Assembly (NCBI GenBank): GCA_963750165.1
Contig: CAVVPN010000003.1
Span: 2,176,001 to 2,240,000 of the forward strand
DNA: 64,000 nucleotides
Source of the DNA: an uncultured Gemmataceae bacterium
Lineage (GTDB): Bacteria > Planctomycetota > Planctomycetia > Gemmatales > Gemmataceae
Reading direction: 5' to 3'
The notes beneath the pieces were generated by a model, which searched no databases, was not told the DNA's origin, and saw only the letters and a program-made list of their open reading frames with translations. A program made the translations under genes and the position numbers. Of the stretch, positions 1 to 9,101 are shown piece after piece (the stretch's first letter is position 1; each line of letters opens with the position of its first letter).

Positions 1-9
1 CAGGGCGGA

Positions 10-419
10 TCAAGGCGGAAACAGATCAAAGAGCTTTTCGGCTTCGCGGATGAGTAGCCGCCGAGGATGGTTGAGGTCGAACGCCACCACGAGCGCCCGG
101 CCGATGGGTGTGATGCCGATGACGGCGAACCCCAACCAGACGAGATGTTCTTCCCACGGATCCGACCGCGGGTTGAACAGGGGCACCTCACTCGCGGTTT
201 CCGGGTCGGTGGCGGTCAGCCGGTTCGATTTCTTCAAATTGCAACTGGGACAGGCCCACGCCAGGTTGGTCAACTCATCGGAACCGCCCGCGGACGAAGG
301 AACGATGTGCTCGACGTGAAAGGTCGCCCCTGAAGGGCCTGGTGCATGCGGCAGTATTCGCAGCGCTGATCGGCGCGCTCCTCCACTTCGCGGACGCGAT
401 CCGCCCAGGAGGTGGTCAT
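10..419 (-). CDS. HNH endonuclease (apparent 1-nt frameshift in G run at ~327-330)
   Basis: Starts MTTSWADRVREVEERADQRCEYCRMHQALQ; after one missing G continues GATFHVEHIVPSSAGGSDELTNLAWACPSCNLKK...LFNPR, i.e. CxxC...HNH...CxxCN motifs. Confidence 0.8.
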
Positions 420-636
420 ACCGGCTTGCGCCGAGCAGGTGCAGGGCCTGGGCGCGGACCAGGGAGAGACGTTCGCTCAATTCCACCAGCGACTCCAGCT
501 CCTCCCGCTCGGCCTGCGCGAGCCGCCCCTCTGTGTTGCGGTCCATCAGGACTTGTAAACGGTCATCCGCCTTTTGCGGGAAACGCAGGTCCACCAGCGT
601 TTCCAGGAACTCAAGGGGGGCCGCGATGGTTGACAT
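416..636 (-). CDS. Small helical protein upstream of the HNH gene (antitoxin-like partner)
   Basis: MSTIAAPLEFLETLVDLRFPQKADDRLQVLMDRNTEGRL...EELESLVELSERLSLVRAQAL; restoring one C near 430 gives ...LLGRKPV* with an ATGA overlap onto the HNH start. Confidence 0.55.
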
Positions 637-862
637 GGGATTATCTCCTCTATTTCCAAAAGGATTGTAACGCCTTACTGCCCTTCCTTCCAGGGCAGCG
701 CGTTTGTTGCCGTCGCCGGCGTAGGTGTAGTCGGCCATGAAGGAGTGGCTCCGCGGTGTGGGAGACTCGGCGAAGGGGTATTGTAGGTGTCAATGCGGCG
801 AGGGGTAGACAGACGGGCTGGGGCCGCTTACGCTCAGGCTGGCGCAGCAACCGGGGGAAGGT

Positions 863-1543
863 ATGACCGAGTCCGAGTGGTTGACGGAGCAGGCACGCCC
901 TCAGTACATGGTGTGGACGCTCTTGAAACCAGGAAAATTGCAGCGGACGAAGGCGGGCAAGCGCAAACTGCGGCTGTTTGGCTGCGGGTGCTGCCGCCTC
1001 ATCTGGCCGCTGTTGACGAACCCGCGCTCGCGCCAGGCGGTCGCGCTCGCCGAGCAATTTGCCGACGGGCAAGCGGACAAGGACGAACTGCAACAGGCAT
1101 TTCTGCAGAACCTCGAATTGACATTTGGGGGCTACCAGCCGACCGACCCGGGGGTCCAGCAGCGGATCGCCGCGCACATGGCCCTGTCCACGACCGCGGC
1201 CAAGGCCATTTCAGCCACTTTTGATATGACCGCCTTTCCGTTGCCGCTCGCCGGGTTCTTCGGCGACGAGCAGCGCGAACAGTCGCTGCTGTGCGACCTC
1301 CTGCGTTGCGTCTTCGGCACCCCCTTTCGCCCCCCAACACTCCCTCCGGCCTGGCGTACGCGCTCGGTGACGGCCCTGGCCCAGTCCATCTATGACGACC
1401 GCACCTTCGACCGCCTGCCGATCCTGGCCGACGCCCTCGAAGAGGCCGGCTGTACCGACGCCGACATCCTCGGCCATTGTCGCGGCCCCGGCCCACACGT
1501 CCGCGGCTGCTGGGTCGTTGATCTGCTGCTCGGCAAGCAGTGA
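863..1543 (+). CDS. Gemmataceae-expanded hypothetical protein (often annotated SMI1/KNR4-like)
   Basis: MTESEWL...RKLRLFGCGCCR...LPILADALEEAGC...HCRGPGPHVRGCWVVDLLLGK signature. Confidence 0.8.
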   Translation: MTESEWLTEQARPQYMVWTLLKPGKLQRTKAGKRKLRLFGCGCCRLIWPLLTNPRSRQAVALAEQFADGQADKDELQQAFLQNLELTFGGYQPTDPGVQQRIAAHMALSTTAAKAISATFDMTAFPLPLAGFFGDEQREQSLLCDLLRCVFGTPFRPPTLPPAWRTRSVTALAQSIYDDRTFDRLPILADALEEAGCTDADILGHCRGPGPHVRGCWVVDLLLGKQ

Positions 1544-1654
1544 ACCCGTCGGTCCCGACCGCGAACATGTCCTGGAGATTTTGGCAATGCCGCGACTCGT
1601 CTTCCCGGTGACCAAGGATGGGCTGCACGTAGATGTGTTGACGTGCGTGGCGTT

Positions 1655-1724
1655 TGGTTGTAGCGGAAGTCGCCAGACTTCCGAGCAGCGCTGCTCGGAA
1701 GTCTGGCGACTTCCGCTACAACCA
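1655..1724. repeat. Perfect 70-bp palindrome; GTAG-type REP doublet (GTAGCGGAAGTCGCCAGACTTCCG)
   Basis: Arms 1655-1689 and 1690-1724 are exact reverse complements; second copy at 32964-33029. Confidence 0.9.
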
Positions 1725-1912
1725 CCTGCCACTTCACGCTCGATTTCTGACCGCTCCGGCTGGAATACCGAGAACCACCTACCCTCGCGCACGCCGTCCC
1801 CTACCGAAGTGACCGGAAAACTACTTTCTTCTCCCCTCCGTGGTTGGCTAGAATGGGGGAAGTGGGGCAGTGGTTGTCCCGCGCTTCGACGGTCGCCCGG
1901 GGAGTAGTGGCT

Positions 1913-2703
1913 ATGAGCAATCGTCTTTGGTCGGCCGCCATAGTGGCCACGGCCGGCGCCCTGATTCTGCTGTTGCCGGGCCAGAGCCCGGCCCAGGCCT
2001 TGCGCAACAACTACGGCAACTGGACGCACTTCTACGGCAACGGCGGCTTCCTGGACGGCGGCGGCTTCAACATCGGCTACGGCGGCCTCTACCCCGTGTC
2101 GAACTACCTCGTCTACAGCCAGGTGTACAACGTCGCGCCCCCGCCTTTGGCGCGTTCGGCCCGTCCTACGCGGGCGCCCCGCTGGTCGCCGCCACCGCCT
2201 ACGGGGCCGCGCCCGGCTTCGGTGCGTACAACCCGTTCTATGCGTACTTCCCGAACTTCCGCGCCTTTCCGTTCTACAACACCACGGTCTACGTCGCCCC
2301 GCCAGTCTTCTCCAACCGTTACGCCGTGGCTGGGTTCAACCCGTCGTCGGTGACGCCGTTCGCCTTCGACAACCTCACCGGTAATCCCGGCTTTGTCTAC
2401 GGTGCCCCGGTGCTGCCGGTCATCGCATCGTCGTCTGTCAAGCCCTCCACGGAAGCTGTCGCCTCGCTGCGCGTGACCGTGCCGGCCGGCGCTGAACTGT
2501 GGTTCGACGGCACCAAGACGAAACAGGTCGGTGCCGTGCGCGATTTCCAGACGCCGCTGCTGCCGACCAACCGCAACTTCACTTACCAGCTCCGCATTCG
2601 CTGGCAGGAGGACGGCCAGATGCGCGAGCAGAAGCGCACCGTCCACGTGGAGGGCGGCCAGCACGTCGCCGTGGACTTCACCAGCGCCGCCGCCGCCGAG
2701 TGA
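1913..2703 (+). CDS. TIGR03000 domain secreted protein (frameshift in C run at ~2138-2142)
   Basis: Signal peptide MSNRLWSAAIVATAGALILLLPGQSPA; Tyr/Gly/Pro-rich middle; C-terminal LRVTVPAGAELWFDGTKTKQVGAVRDFQTPLL...YQLRIRW...VAVDF. Confidence 0.8.
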
Positions 2704-2711
2704 CGCCTCTT

Positions 2712-2772
2712 AACGTGGGACAGGCGGCTCGCCTGTCGGGCTGGCCGACAGGCGAGCCGCCTGTCCCACGTT
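2712..2772. repeat. REP doublet (GTGGGACAGGCGGCTCGCCTGTC, inverted pair)
   Basis: aacgtgggacaggcggctcgcctgtcgg...ccgacaggcgagccgcctgtcccacgtt. Confidence 0.85.
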
Positions 2773-2792
2773 GTCATGTCCCTGAGAAAGTC

Positions 2793-4007
2793 ATGAGCCG
2801 CGAACCACTGGCCGGGCGGGTCGCGGCCCTGCGACCTACCGCCGTCAACCAGGTGCTGCACGAAGTCCGCCAACTCCAGGCGCAGGGCCACGCGATCGTC
2901 TCGCTCATGCGCGGCCAGCCCGACACGCCGACGCCGCCGCACATCAGCGCGGCCCTGCAGCGCGCCCTGCGCGACGGCCGCACCGGCTACCCCGACAACC
3001 AGGGCGAACTGGTGTTGCGCGCGGCGGTCGCCGAAAAACTGCGGTGCGACAACGGTCTGAGCTACGACCCCAGCCGCGAAATCCTCGTCACCGACGGCGC
3101 CACCGGTGGTTTGTGTACCGCCCTGGCCGTGCTCGTGCAGCCCGGCGACGACGTGCTGCTGCCCGATCCCATCTATGACGCTTACGCCTCGCCGATCGCG
3201 CTGTGGGGCGGCCGGGCCGTGCCGGTGCGCTCGGCCATCCGCGCCGGCCGCTTTGCCATCGACCGCGCCGCTCTGGACGCGGCGGTCACGCCGTGCGCCC
3301 GCGTGCTGCTGCTCAACACGCCCTGGAATCCGACCGGCACCGTCTGGTCGTGCGCGGAACTGACCGCCGCCGTGGATTTCGCGGCTGCCCACGACCTGTG
3401 GCTGCTCAGCGACGAGATTTACGAAACCCTGGTTTATGGCGGCGCCCGCCACGTGTCGCCGGCCGCCCTGTCCGCCGCGGCGCGGCAGCGCAGCATTGTG
3501 GTGAACAGTCTTTCGAAGACCTACAGCATGACGGGCTGGCGTGTTGGCTACTGCGCCGCGCCGGCCGAGGTCATCGCGGCGATGTTGCTGGTGCTGCAGC
3601 AGTCCAGCCGCGGCCCGGCCACCTTCGTGCAGCACGCCGCGGCGGCGGCGCTCACCGGCGACCAGGCGTGCGTGGCGGCCATGACCGCGGAGTTCCAGCG
3701 CCGCCGCGATCATGTCGTCGAGCAGCTGCGCGGCCTGCCGGGCGTGACGCCGCTGGTGCCGGAGGGCGGCCTGTTCGTCATGCTCGACGTGCGCGGCCTC
3801 GGGCTGCCGTCCGACGACGTGCGCCGTTTCCTGCTGCACGATGCCGGTGTTGTCGTCATCCACGGCGCCGCCTATGGGCTGGGCGGCGAGGGCATGCTGC
3901 GCGTGTCGTTCGCCGGCGGCGGAGCGGCGCTGGACGAAGGGCTGCGCCGCCTGCGCGACGGCCTGCGGCGGCTGGCGAACCGGACGCCCGGAAAGGTCGG
4001 CTCATGA
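2793..4007 (+). CDS. PLP-dependent aminotransferase class I/II
   Basis: NTPWNPTG, SDEIYE, and SLSKTYSMTGWRVGY carrying the PLP lysine. Confidence 0.92.
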   Translation: MSREPLAGRVAALRPTAVNQVLHEVRQLQAQGHAIVSLMRGQPDTPTPPHISAALQRALRDGRTGYPDNQGELVLRAAVAEKLRCDNGLSYDPSREILVTDGATGGLCTALAVLVQPGDDVLLPDPIYDAYASPIALWGGRAVPVRSAIRAGRFAIDRAALDAAVTPCARVLLLNTPWNPTGTVWSCAELTAAVDFAAAHDLWLLSDEIYETLVYGGARHVSPAALSAAARQRSIVVNSLSKTYSMTGWRVGYCAAPAEVIAAMLLVLQQSSRGPATFVQHAAAAALTGDQACVAAMTAEFQRRRDHVVEQLRGLPGVTPLVPEGGLFVMLDVRGLGLPSDDVRRFLLHDAGVVVIHGAAYGLGGEGMLRVSFAGGGAALDEGLRRLRDGLRRLANRTPGKVGS

Positions 4008-6964
4008 GCGCGATCTCTCTCCCGCTGGTCAAAGCGCAACCCACTCCCGAACGCCCGCCCGTGGATGTGGCCGCGCTGCGGGCGGCGCTGGCGACAGCGG
4101 TGCGCGGTGAGGTGCGCTGCGAACGCCTCGACCGGGCGCTGTACTCGACCGACGCCAGCGTATATCAAATCGTGCCGCTCGGCGTGGTGCTGCCGCGCGA
4201 CGCCGCCGACGTGGTCGCCACTCTGAAAGTGTGTGCGGACTTCGGCGTGCCGTTGACGGCGCGCGGCGGCGGCACGTCGCAGGCCGGGCAGTGCATCGGC
4301 CCCGGCGTTATCCTTGACTGTTCCAAATATTTGCACAACATTCTGGAAGTCAACGCCGCCGAGCGCTGGGTGCGCGTCGAGCCGGGCTGCGTGCTGGACG
4401 ACCTCAACCAGCACGTCAAGCCGCTCGGCCTGCAGTTCGCGCCGGACATCTCCACCGCCAATCGCGCCACCCTCGGCGGCATGATCGCCAACAATTCGTC
4501 CGGCACGCACTCGCTGATTCATGGCAAGACCATCGACCATGTGCTGGAGTTGCGCGTGCTGCTGGCGGACGGCAGCGTTGTCGAACTGCGGCCGCTGGAC
4601 GAAATGGAGTTGGACAAGAAGACGCGGCAGCAGGACCAGGAGGGCGCCTGTTACCGCGTCGTCCGGCAGCTGGCCGCGGAGCACGCGGCGGAAATCGACC
4701 GCCGTTATCCGAAAATCCTGCGCCGCGTGGGCGGCTACAACCTTGACGCCTTCGTGCCGCGGCCCGGCGCCGCGTTCAACCTGGCGCAGCTGTTCGTCGG
4801 CTCGGAAGGCACGCTCGGCGTCGTGCTGGAGGCGAAACTGCGGCTGGTGGAGCTGCCGCGGGCGAAGGCGCTGCTCGTCGTGCAGTTCGCCGACCTGCTC
4901 GACGCGCTGGCCGCAGTGCCGGCCATCCTCGCCCACTGTCCGGCCGCCGTCGAGGTCATGGACCGCTACATCCTCGACTGCACCAAACTCAACGCCGACG
5001 CCGCCCGGCTGCGGGATTTCCTGCGCGGTGACCCCGGCGCCATCCTCGTCATCGAGTTCTACGCCGACGCTGCCGCCGAGTTGCCGGGCCGCCTGGCCGC
5101 GCTGGAGGCGGACCTGCGCGGCCGCGGCTGCGGCGAACACCACCACCCGGCCACGGACGCCGCGGCCCAGGCGCGCATCTGGAAGCTGCGGACGCTGGCA
5201 CTCGGTCTGTCGATGGCGGAGAAGGGCGACGCCAAGGCGATTTCCTTCGTCGAGGACACGGCCGTGGCGCCGGAGCACCTGCGCGACTACATCGCGGAGT
5301 TCCTGCAAATCATCGCCCGCCAGGGCACCACGGCCGGCGTCTACGCCCATGCGTCGGTCGGCTGTCTGCACGTGCGGCCCATTGTCGATCTGAAAACGGC
5401 GGAAGGACTGCGGCGTTTCGAGGCCATCGCGGCGGAGGTCGCGGAACTGGTGCTGAAGTACGGCGGCGCCCTGTCCGGCGAGCACGGCGACGGCCTGGTG
5501 CGCAGCCCGTTCCAGGCAAAAATGTTCGGCCCGACGCTGTACGAGGCGTTCCGCACGCTCAAGTACACCTTCGACCCGCGCGGCCTGTTCAATCCGGGCA
5601 AGGTCGTGGACGCACCGCCGTTGACCGCGAACCTGCGCTACGGCCCCGCTTATGTGACGCCGGACGTGCCGACCACGTTCGACTTCAGCAGCGACGGCGG
5701 CGTGGTGCGTGCCGCGGAGTTGTGCGCCGGCGTCGGCGAGTGCCGCAAGCGCCGCGGCGGGACGATGTGCCCGTCGTTCCAGGCGACGCGCGACGAGCAG
5801 CACAGCACGCGCGGCCGGGCCAACACGCTGCGCCTGGCGCTGACGGGGCAGCTCGGCCTGACCGGGCTGACCGATCCGGCGGTGCTGGACGCGCTGGACC
5901 TGTGCCTGGAATGCAAGGCGTGCAAGAGCGAGTGCCCGACCAACGTGGACATGGCCCGGCTCAAGGCGGAGGTGCTGCACCAGCACGGCCGGCGTCACGG
6001 CCTACCGCTGCGCCACCGCGTCTTCGGCCACGTGGCGACGCTGAGCCAATGGGGTTGCCGCCTGGCGCCGCTGTCGAACTGGTCGGCGCGCGGCTGGCTC
6101 GGTCGCTGGCTGAACGAGCGGCTGCTGGGCATCGACCGCCGCCGCCGGCCGCCGCGCTTCGCTGCGCGCCCGTTCCTCCGCCGACCGCAGGTGCGGGACG
6201 TGGCGCCGGCCAATGGACAGCCGCAGGTGCTGCTGTTCCCGGATACGTTCATGAACTTCCACGAGCCGGACATCGGCCTGGCGGCGCTGGAGGTGCTGCG
6301 GCGGCTCGGCCAGCACGTGACGCCCGACCTGCCCGACGGCCTGCGCTGCTGCGGCCGGCCGATGATCTCCAACGGCCTGCTCGACGCGGCAGTGGCGAAC
6401 GCCCGGCACAACGTCGAGCGGTTGTTCCCCTGGGCCGACGCGGGACGGCCCATCGTCGCCTGTGAGCCGAGCTGCATCCTGACGATCAAGGACGATTACC
6501 CGGCGCTGCTGCAGGGCGAACAGCGGCGGCGAGCGCTGGCGGTCGCGGCACAATGCTTCACGTTCGAGGAGTTCGCGGAAAAAGCCATTACCGAGGCGGG
6601 GACAGCCTTCGCCCTGCGGCCGGGGCCGAAGCGTGTGCTGCTGCAGGGCCACTGCCATCAATGTGCGCTGGTCGGCATTGGGCCGGCGCTGCGGCTGCTG
6701 CGGCGCATCCCGGGCGCCGAGGTGAGCGACCTGGACGCGGGCTGCTGCGGCATGGCGGGCTCGTTCGGCTACGAGCGCGAGCACTACGAGGTGTCGCGCC
6801 TGGTCGGCGAACAGCGGCTGTTCCCGGCGCTGCGCCAGGCCGACGCGGATGCGGTCGTCGTGGCCCCGGGCTTCTCGTGTCGGTTGCAGATCGAGCACTT
6901 CACCGGCCGGCGGGCATTGCACCCGGCGTCGCTGTTGCGCTCGCTGCTGGAACCACAGGGTTAG
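4004..6964 (+). CDS. FAD-linked oxidase / Fe-S dehydrogenase (GlcD-GlcF / YdiJ-like fusion)
   Basis: YSTDASVY, RGGGTSQAGQ, SGEHGDG, CLECKACKSECP ferredoxin motif, GHCHQ and CCGMAGSFGYE motifs; ATGA overlap with the aminotransferase. Confidence 0.92.
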   Translation: MSAISLPLVKAQPTPERPPVDVAALRAALATAVRGEVRCERLDRALYSTDASVYQIVPLGVVLPRDAADVVATLKVCADFGVPLTARGGGTSQAGQCIGPGVILDCSKYLHNILEVNAAERWVRVEPGCVLDDLNQHVKPLGLQFAPDISTANRATLGGMIANNSSGTHSLIHGKTIDHVLELRVLLADGSVVELRPLDEMELDKKTRQQDQEGACYRVVRQLAAEHAAEIDRRYPKILRRVGGYNLDAFVPRPGAAFNLAQLFVGSEGTLGVVLEAKLRLVELPRAKALLVVQFADLLDALAAVPAILAHCPAAVEVMDRYILDCTKLNADAARLRDFLRGDPGAILVIEFYADAAAELPGRLAALEADLRGRGCGEHHHPATDAAAQARIWKLRTLALGLSMAEKGDAKAISFVEDTAVAPEHLRDYIAEFLQIIARQGTTAGVYAHASVGCLHVRPIVDLKTAEGLRRFEAIAAEVAELVLKYGGALSGEHGDGLVRSPFQAKMFGPTLYEAFRTLKYTFDPRGLFNPGKVVDAPPLTANLRYGPAYVTPDVPTTFDFSSDGGVVRAAELCAGVGECRKRRGGTMCPSFQATRDEQHSTRGRANTLRLALTGQLGLTGLTDPAVLDALDLCLECKACKSECPTNVDMARLKAEVLHQHGRRHGLPLRHRVFGHVATLSQWGCRLAPLSNWSARGWLGRWLNERLLGIDRRRRPPRFAARPFLRRPQVRDVAPANGQPQVLLFPDTFMNFHEPDIGLAALEVLRRLGQHVTPDLPDGLRCCGRPMISNGLLDAAVANARHNVERLFPWADAGRPIVACEPSCILTIKDDYPALLQGEQRRRALAVAAQCFTFEEFAEKAITEAGTAFALRPGPKRVLLQGHCHQCALVGIGPALRLLRRIPGAEVSDLDAGCCGMAGSFGYEREHYEVSRLVGEQRLFPALRQADADAVVVAPGFSCRLQIEHFTGRRALHPASLLRSLLEPQG

Positions 6965-7006
6965 AATCGACGGGATGGGCCGACTTCGTTCGTAGTACCG
7001 CCACCC

Positions 7007-7170
7007 CGTTGTGGCACGGTCTCCCGACCGTGCCACCCGCCTCGACCGAAGGTCTCCTCTTTGAAACGTTGAAGTGCCTTCAGTTTGGATAGGTGGCGTG
7101 GGCAATCGGCCACTGAAGAGGAGACCTTCGGTCGGGGGCCGTGGCATGGTCGGGAGACCATGCCACAACG
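7007..7170. repeat. REPIN-like inverted repeat (GTGGCACGGTCTCCCGACCGTGCCAC...GACCGAAGGTCTCCT arms)
   Basis: Long, self-palindromic inverted arms around a ~55-bp spacer. Confidence 0.8.
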
Positions 7171-7274
7171 CGGGTGCTTGAGGTCGGCTGGTCGGTTACG
7201 AACGGGGTAGCCAAGAATGACCCCGGCAATTATCCTTAAAACGGGACCGCTGGATCTAACCGTCAGGATGACTC

Positions 7275-7601
7275 ATGGCCAAGCAGATTCTCCCCCTGCG
7301 CAAGCGCCGGACGCGCGCCCACGTGATCGCGGACCAGAGCGTCAACTATGGAGGCGCCGAACAACAACTTCGTAGGACGGCTCTCCAGAGCCGTCGGGAC
7401 GGCTCTGGAGAGCCGTCCTACTCTTGGAAGTTGTTGTTCGGCGCCTCCTATGTGGAACGGTTCATCATTGACGCGGGCCACACCGCGCAGCGCGTGGAAA
7501 AGGATTACGGCTACGATCTACTCCTGTTCACCTACGACGAGGATGGTTACAATGGGAGTTCATCAACAGCTAAACAGGGTGGCAGGTATGAAACGGGCTG
7601 A
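7275..7601 (+). pseudogene. Truncated DUF4365-like (PD-(D/E)XK) gene fragment containing an in-frame MITE
   Basis: RKRRTRAHVIADQSVNY[insert]VERFIIDAGHTAQRVEKDYGYDLLLFTYDEDGY, after which recognisable similarity stops. Confidence 0.55.
7351..7447. mobile_element. MITE-A: 97 bp, 21-bp TIR GAGGCGCCGAACAACAACTTC, CTATG target duplication, internal GTAG-REP doublet
   Basis: Perfect TIRs; CTATG at 7346-7350 and 7448-7452; second copy at 24587-24661. Confidence 0.88.
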
Positions 7602-7869
7602 GGTCACTTACGGTCAACTGGAGAGGGCGCTGCGATCTTTGGGCCTTTCGAGCCGACTGGTTCCCGGAGATCCGCCGGCACGTATCTATGAACACAAGGC
7701 CTTCGGTTACCTTTTCAGTATCCCGCCGTTTCCCGACACCGACTTCGTGATGGCCTATCACCTGGTTATGGCGCGGACGCTGCTCGACAACTTCGGCATC
7801 GCCGACCCCAAGACGTTCGACGCCCAACTGCAACAAGCGGTTCGGGACACCGACCCGCAGCCTGCGTGA
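7588..7869 (+). CDS. Small hypothetical protein, possibly HicA-like
   Basis: MKRAEVTYGQLERALRSLG...IYEHK...HLVMARTLLDNFGI; 93 aa. Confidence 0.5.
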   Translation: MKRAEVTYGQLERALRSLGLSSRLVPGDPPARIYEHKAFGYLFSIPPFPDTDFVMAYHLVMARTLLDNFGIADPKTFDAQLQQAVRDTDPQPA

Positions 7870-7911
7870 AAGGCTCAGTGAGCGAGCGACGCCACGGCTG
7901 TCTGCCTGACC

Positions 7912-9089
7912 TCAGCCGCCGAGCACCGCCGCCACCTGCCGCGCGATCAGCAAGTCCTCCTGCGTCTCCAGCACCAGAATGTGGCCCGCCGAATCCGCCG
8001 CCGCCACGTCCACGTCCGGCTTCGCCGCCCGGTTGCGGCCCGCGTCGAGCCGCAGCCCCAGACACTCCAGCCCCGCACACGCCGCCGCCCGCAGACTCGC
8101 CGAGTGTTCGCCGACGCCGGCGGTGAACACCAGCACGTCCACGCCGCCGAGCGTCACCGCCAGCGCCCCGACGGTGGCCCGCACCCGGTCCGCGTAGATC
8201 GCCAGCGCCAGCCGCGCCCGCTCGTGGCCCGCGTCCGCCGCCTGCTCCACGGCGCGGTAATCGCTGGACACGCCCGAGACGCCGAGCAGGCCCGACTCGA
8301 AGTTCAGCGCCGGTCCACCTGGTCGGCACTCAGGCCGTGGCGGCGCTGCACGTACGTCAGGACGCCCGGATCGACGGAGCCGGAGCGGCTGCCCATCATC
8401 AGCCCCTCCAGCGGCGTGAAGCCCATCGACGTTGCGACGCAGGTGCCGCCGCGCACGGCACTCGCCGAGCAGCCGTTGCCGAGGTGGCAGATAACGACGC
8501 GCTCCGAGTCGGGACACAGTTCGGCGGCGCGGCCGGCGCAGTAAGTGTGGCTGATGCCGTGGAAGCCGTAGCGGCGCACGCCCCAGTCGGTGAACCACGC
8601 ATACGGCACCGGGTAGACGTAGGCGTGCGGCGGCAGGTCGGCATAGAAGGCGGTGTCGAAGACGGCGACCTGCGGCACGTCCGGCAGCGCCTGTTGCGCC
8701 GCGGCGATGCCCTCCAGCGCCGGTGGGTTGTGCAGCGGCGCCAGCTCGATGGCCGCGGTGATTTGCTGCGTGACCTGCTCGTCGATGCGGACGCTGCGGC
8801 GCAGGTGGGGGCCGCCGTGGACGACGCGATGGCCGACGGCGGTGATGTGCCGCTGCTCGTCGGACAGGCCAGCGCCCGCCAGCAGCTGCGCGGCGTGGCG
8901 CACGGCGCTGACGTAATCGGGAATTTCGGCTTGCGATTTTTGCGGCGCAGCGGTGCCGGCCTTCAGGGTCAGGGTGGCCCGGTGGCCGTCGCCGGTCCAC
9001 TGAATGATGCCGTCGGCCAGTTCGGCGTCGCCGGCGAACAGGCTGAACTTGAGACTGCTGCTGCCGGCGTTGAGGACGAGGATAGACAT
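7912..9089 (-). CDS. ackA: Acetate kinase (frameshift at ~8308-8312)
   Basis: ILVLNAGSSSLKF, GHRVVHGG, APLHNP, RRYGFHGISH, TSMGFTPLEGLMMGSRSG; resumes ALNFESGLLGVSG...FTAGVGEHS in the next frame. Confidence 0.92.
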
Positions 9090-9101
9090 GGTGATTTCCC
9101 G

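Noticed and set aside
10..738. 242-aa antitoxin-HNH fusion ORF
   Set aside because: Explained by two 1-nt deletions joining two ATGA-coupled genes; the middle segment is out of frame and the real HNH CEYC motif lies in another frame.
3203..4003. 1253-aa N-terminally extended oxidase and the many long antisense ORFs (e.g. 8337-10922, 12917-15619, 15704-18172)
   Set aside because: High-GC stop-poor shadow frames overlapping well-supported genes.
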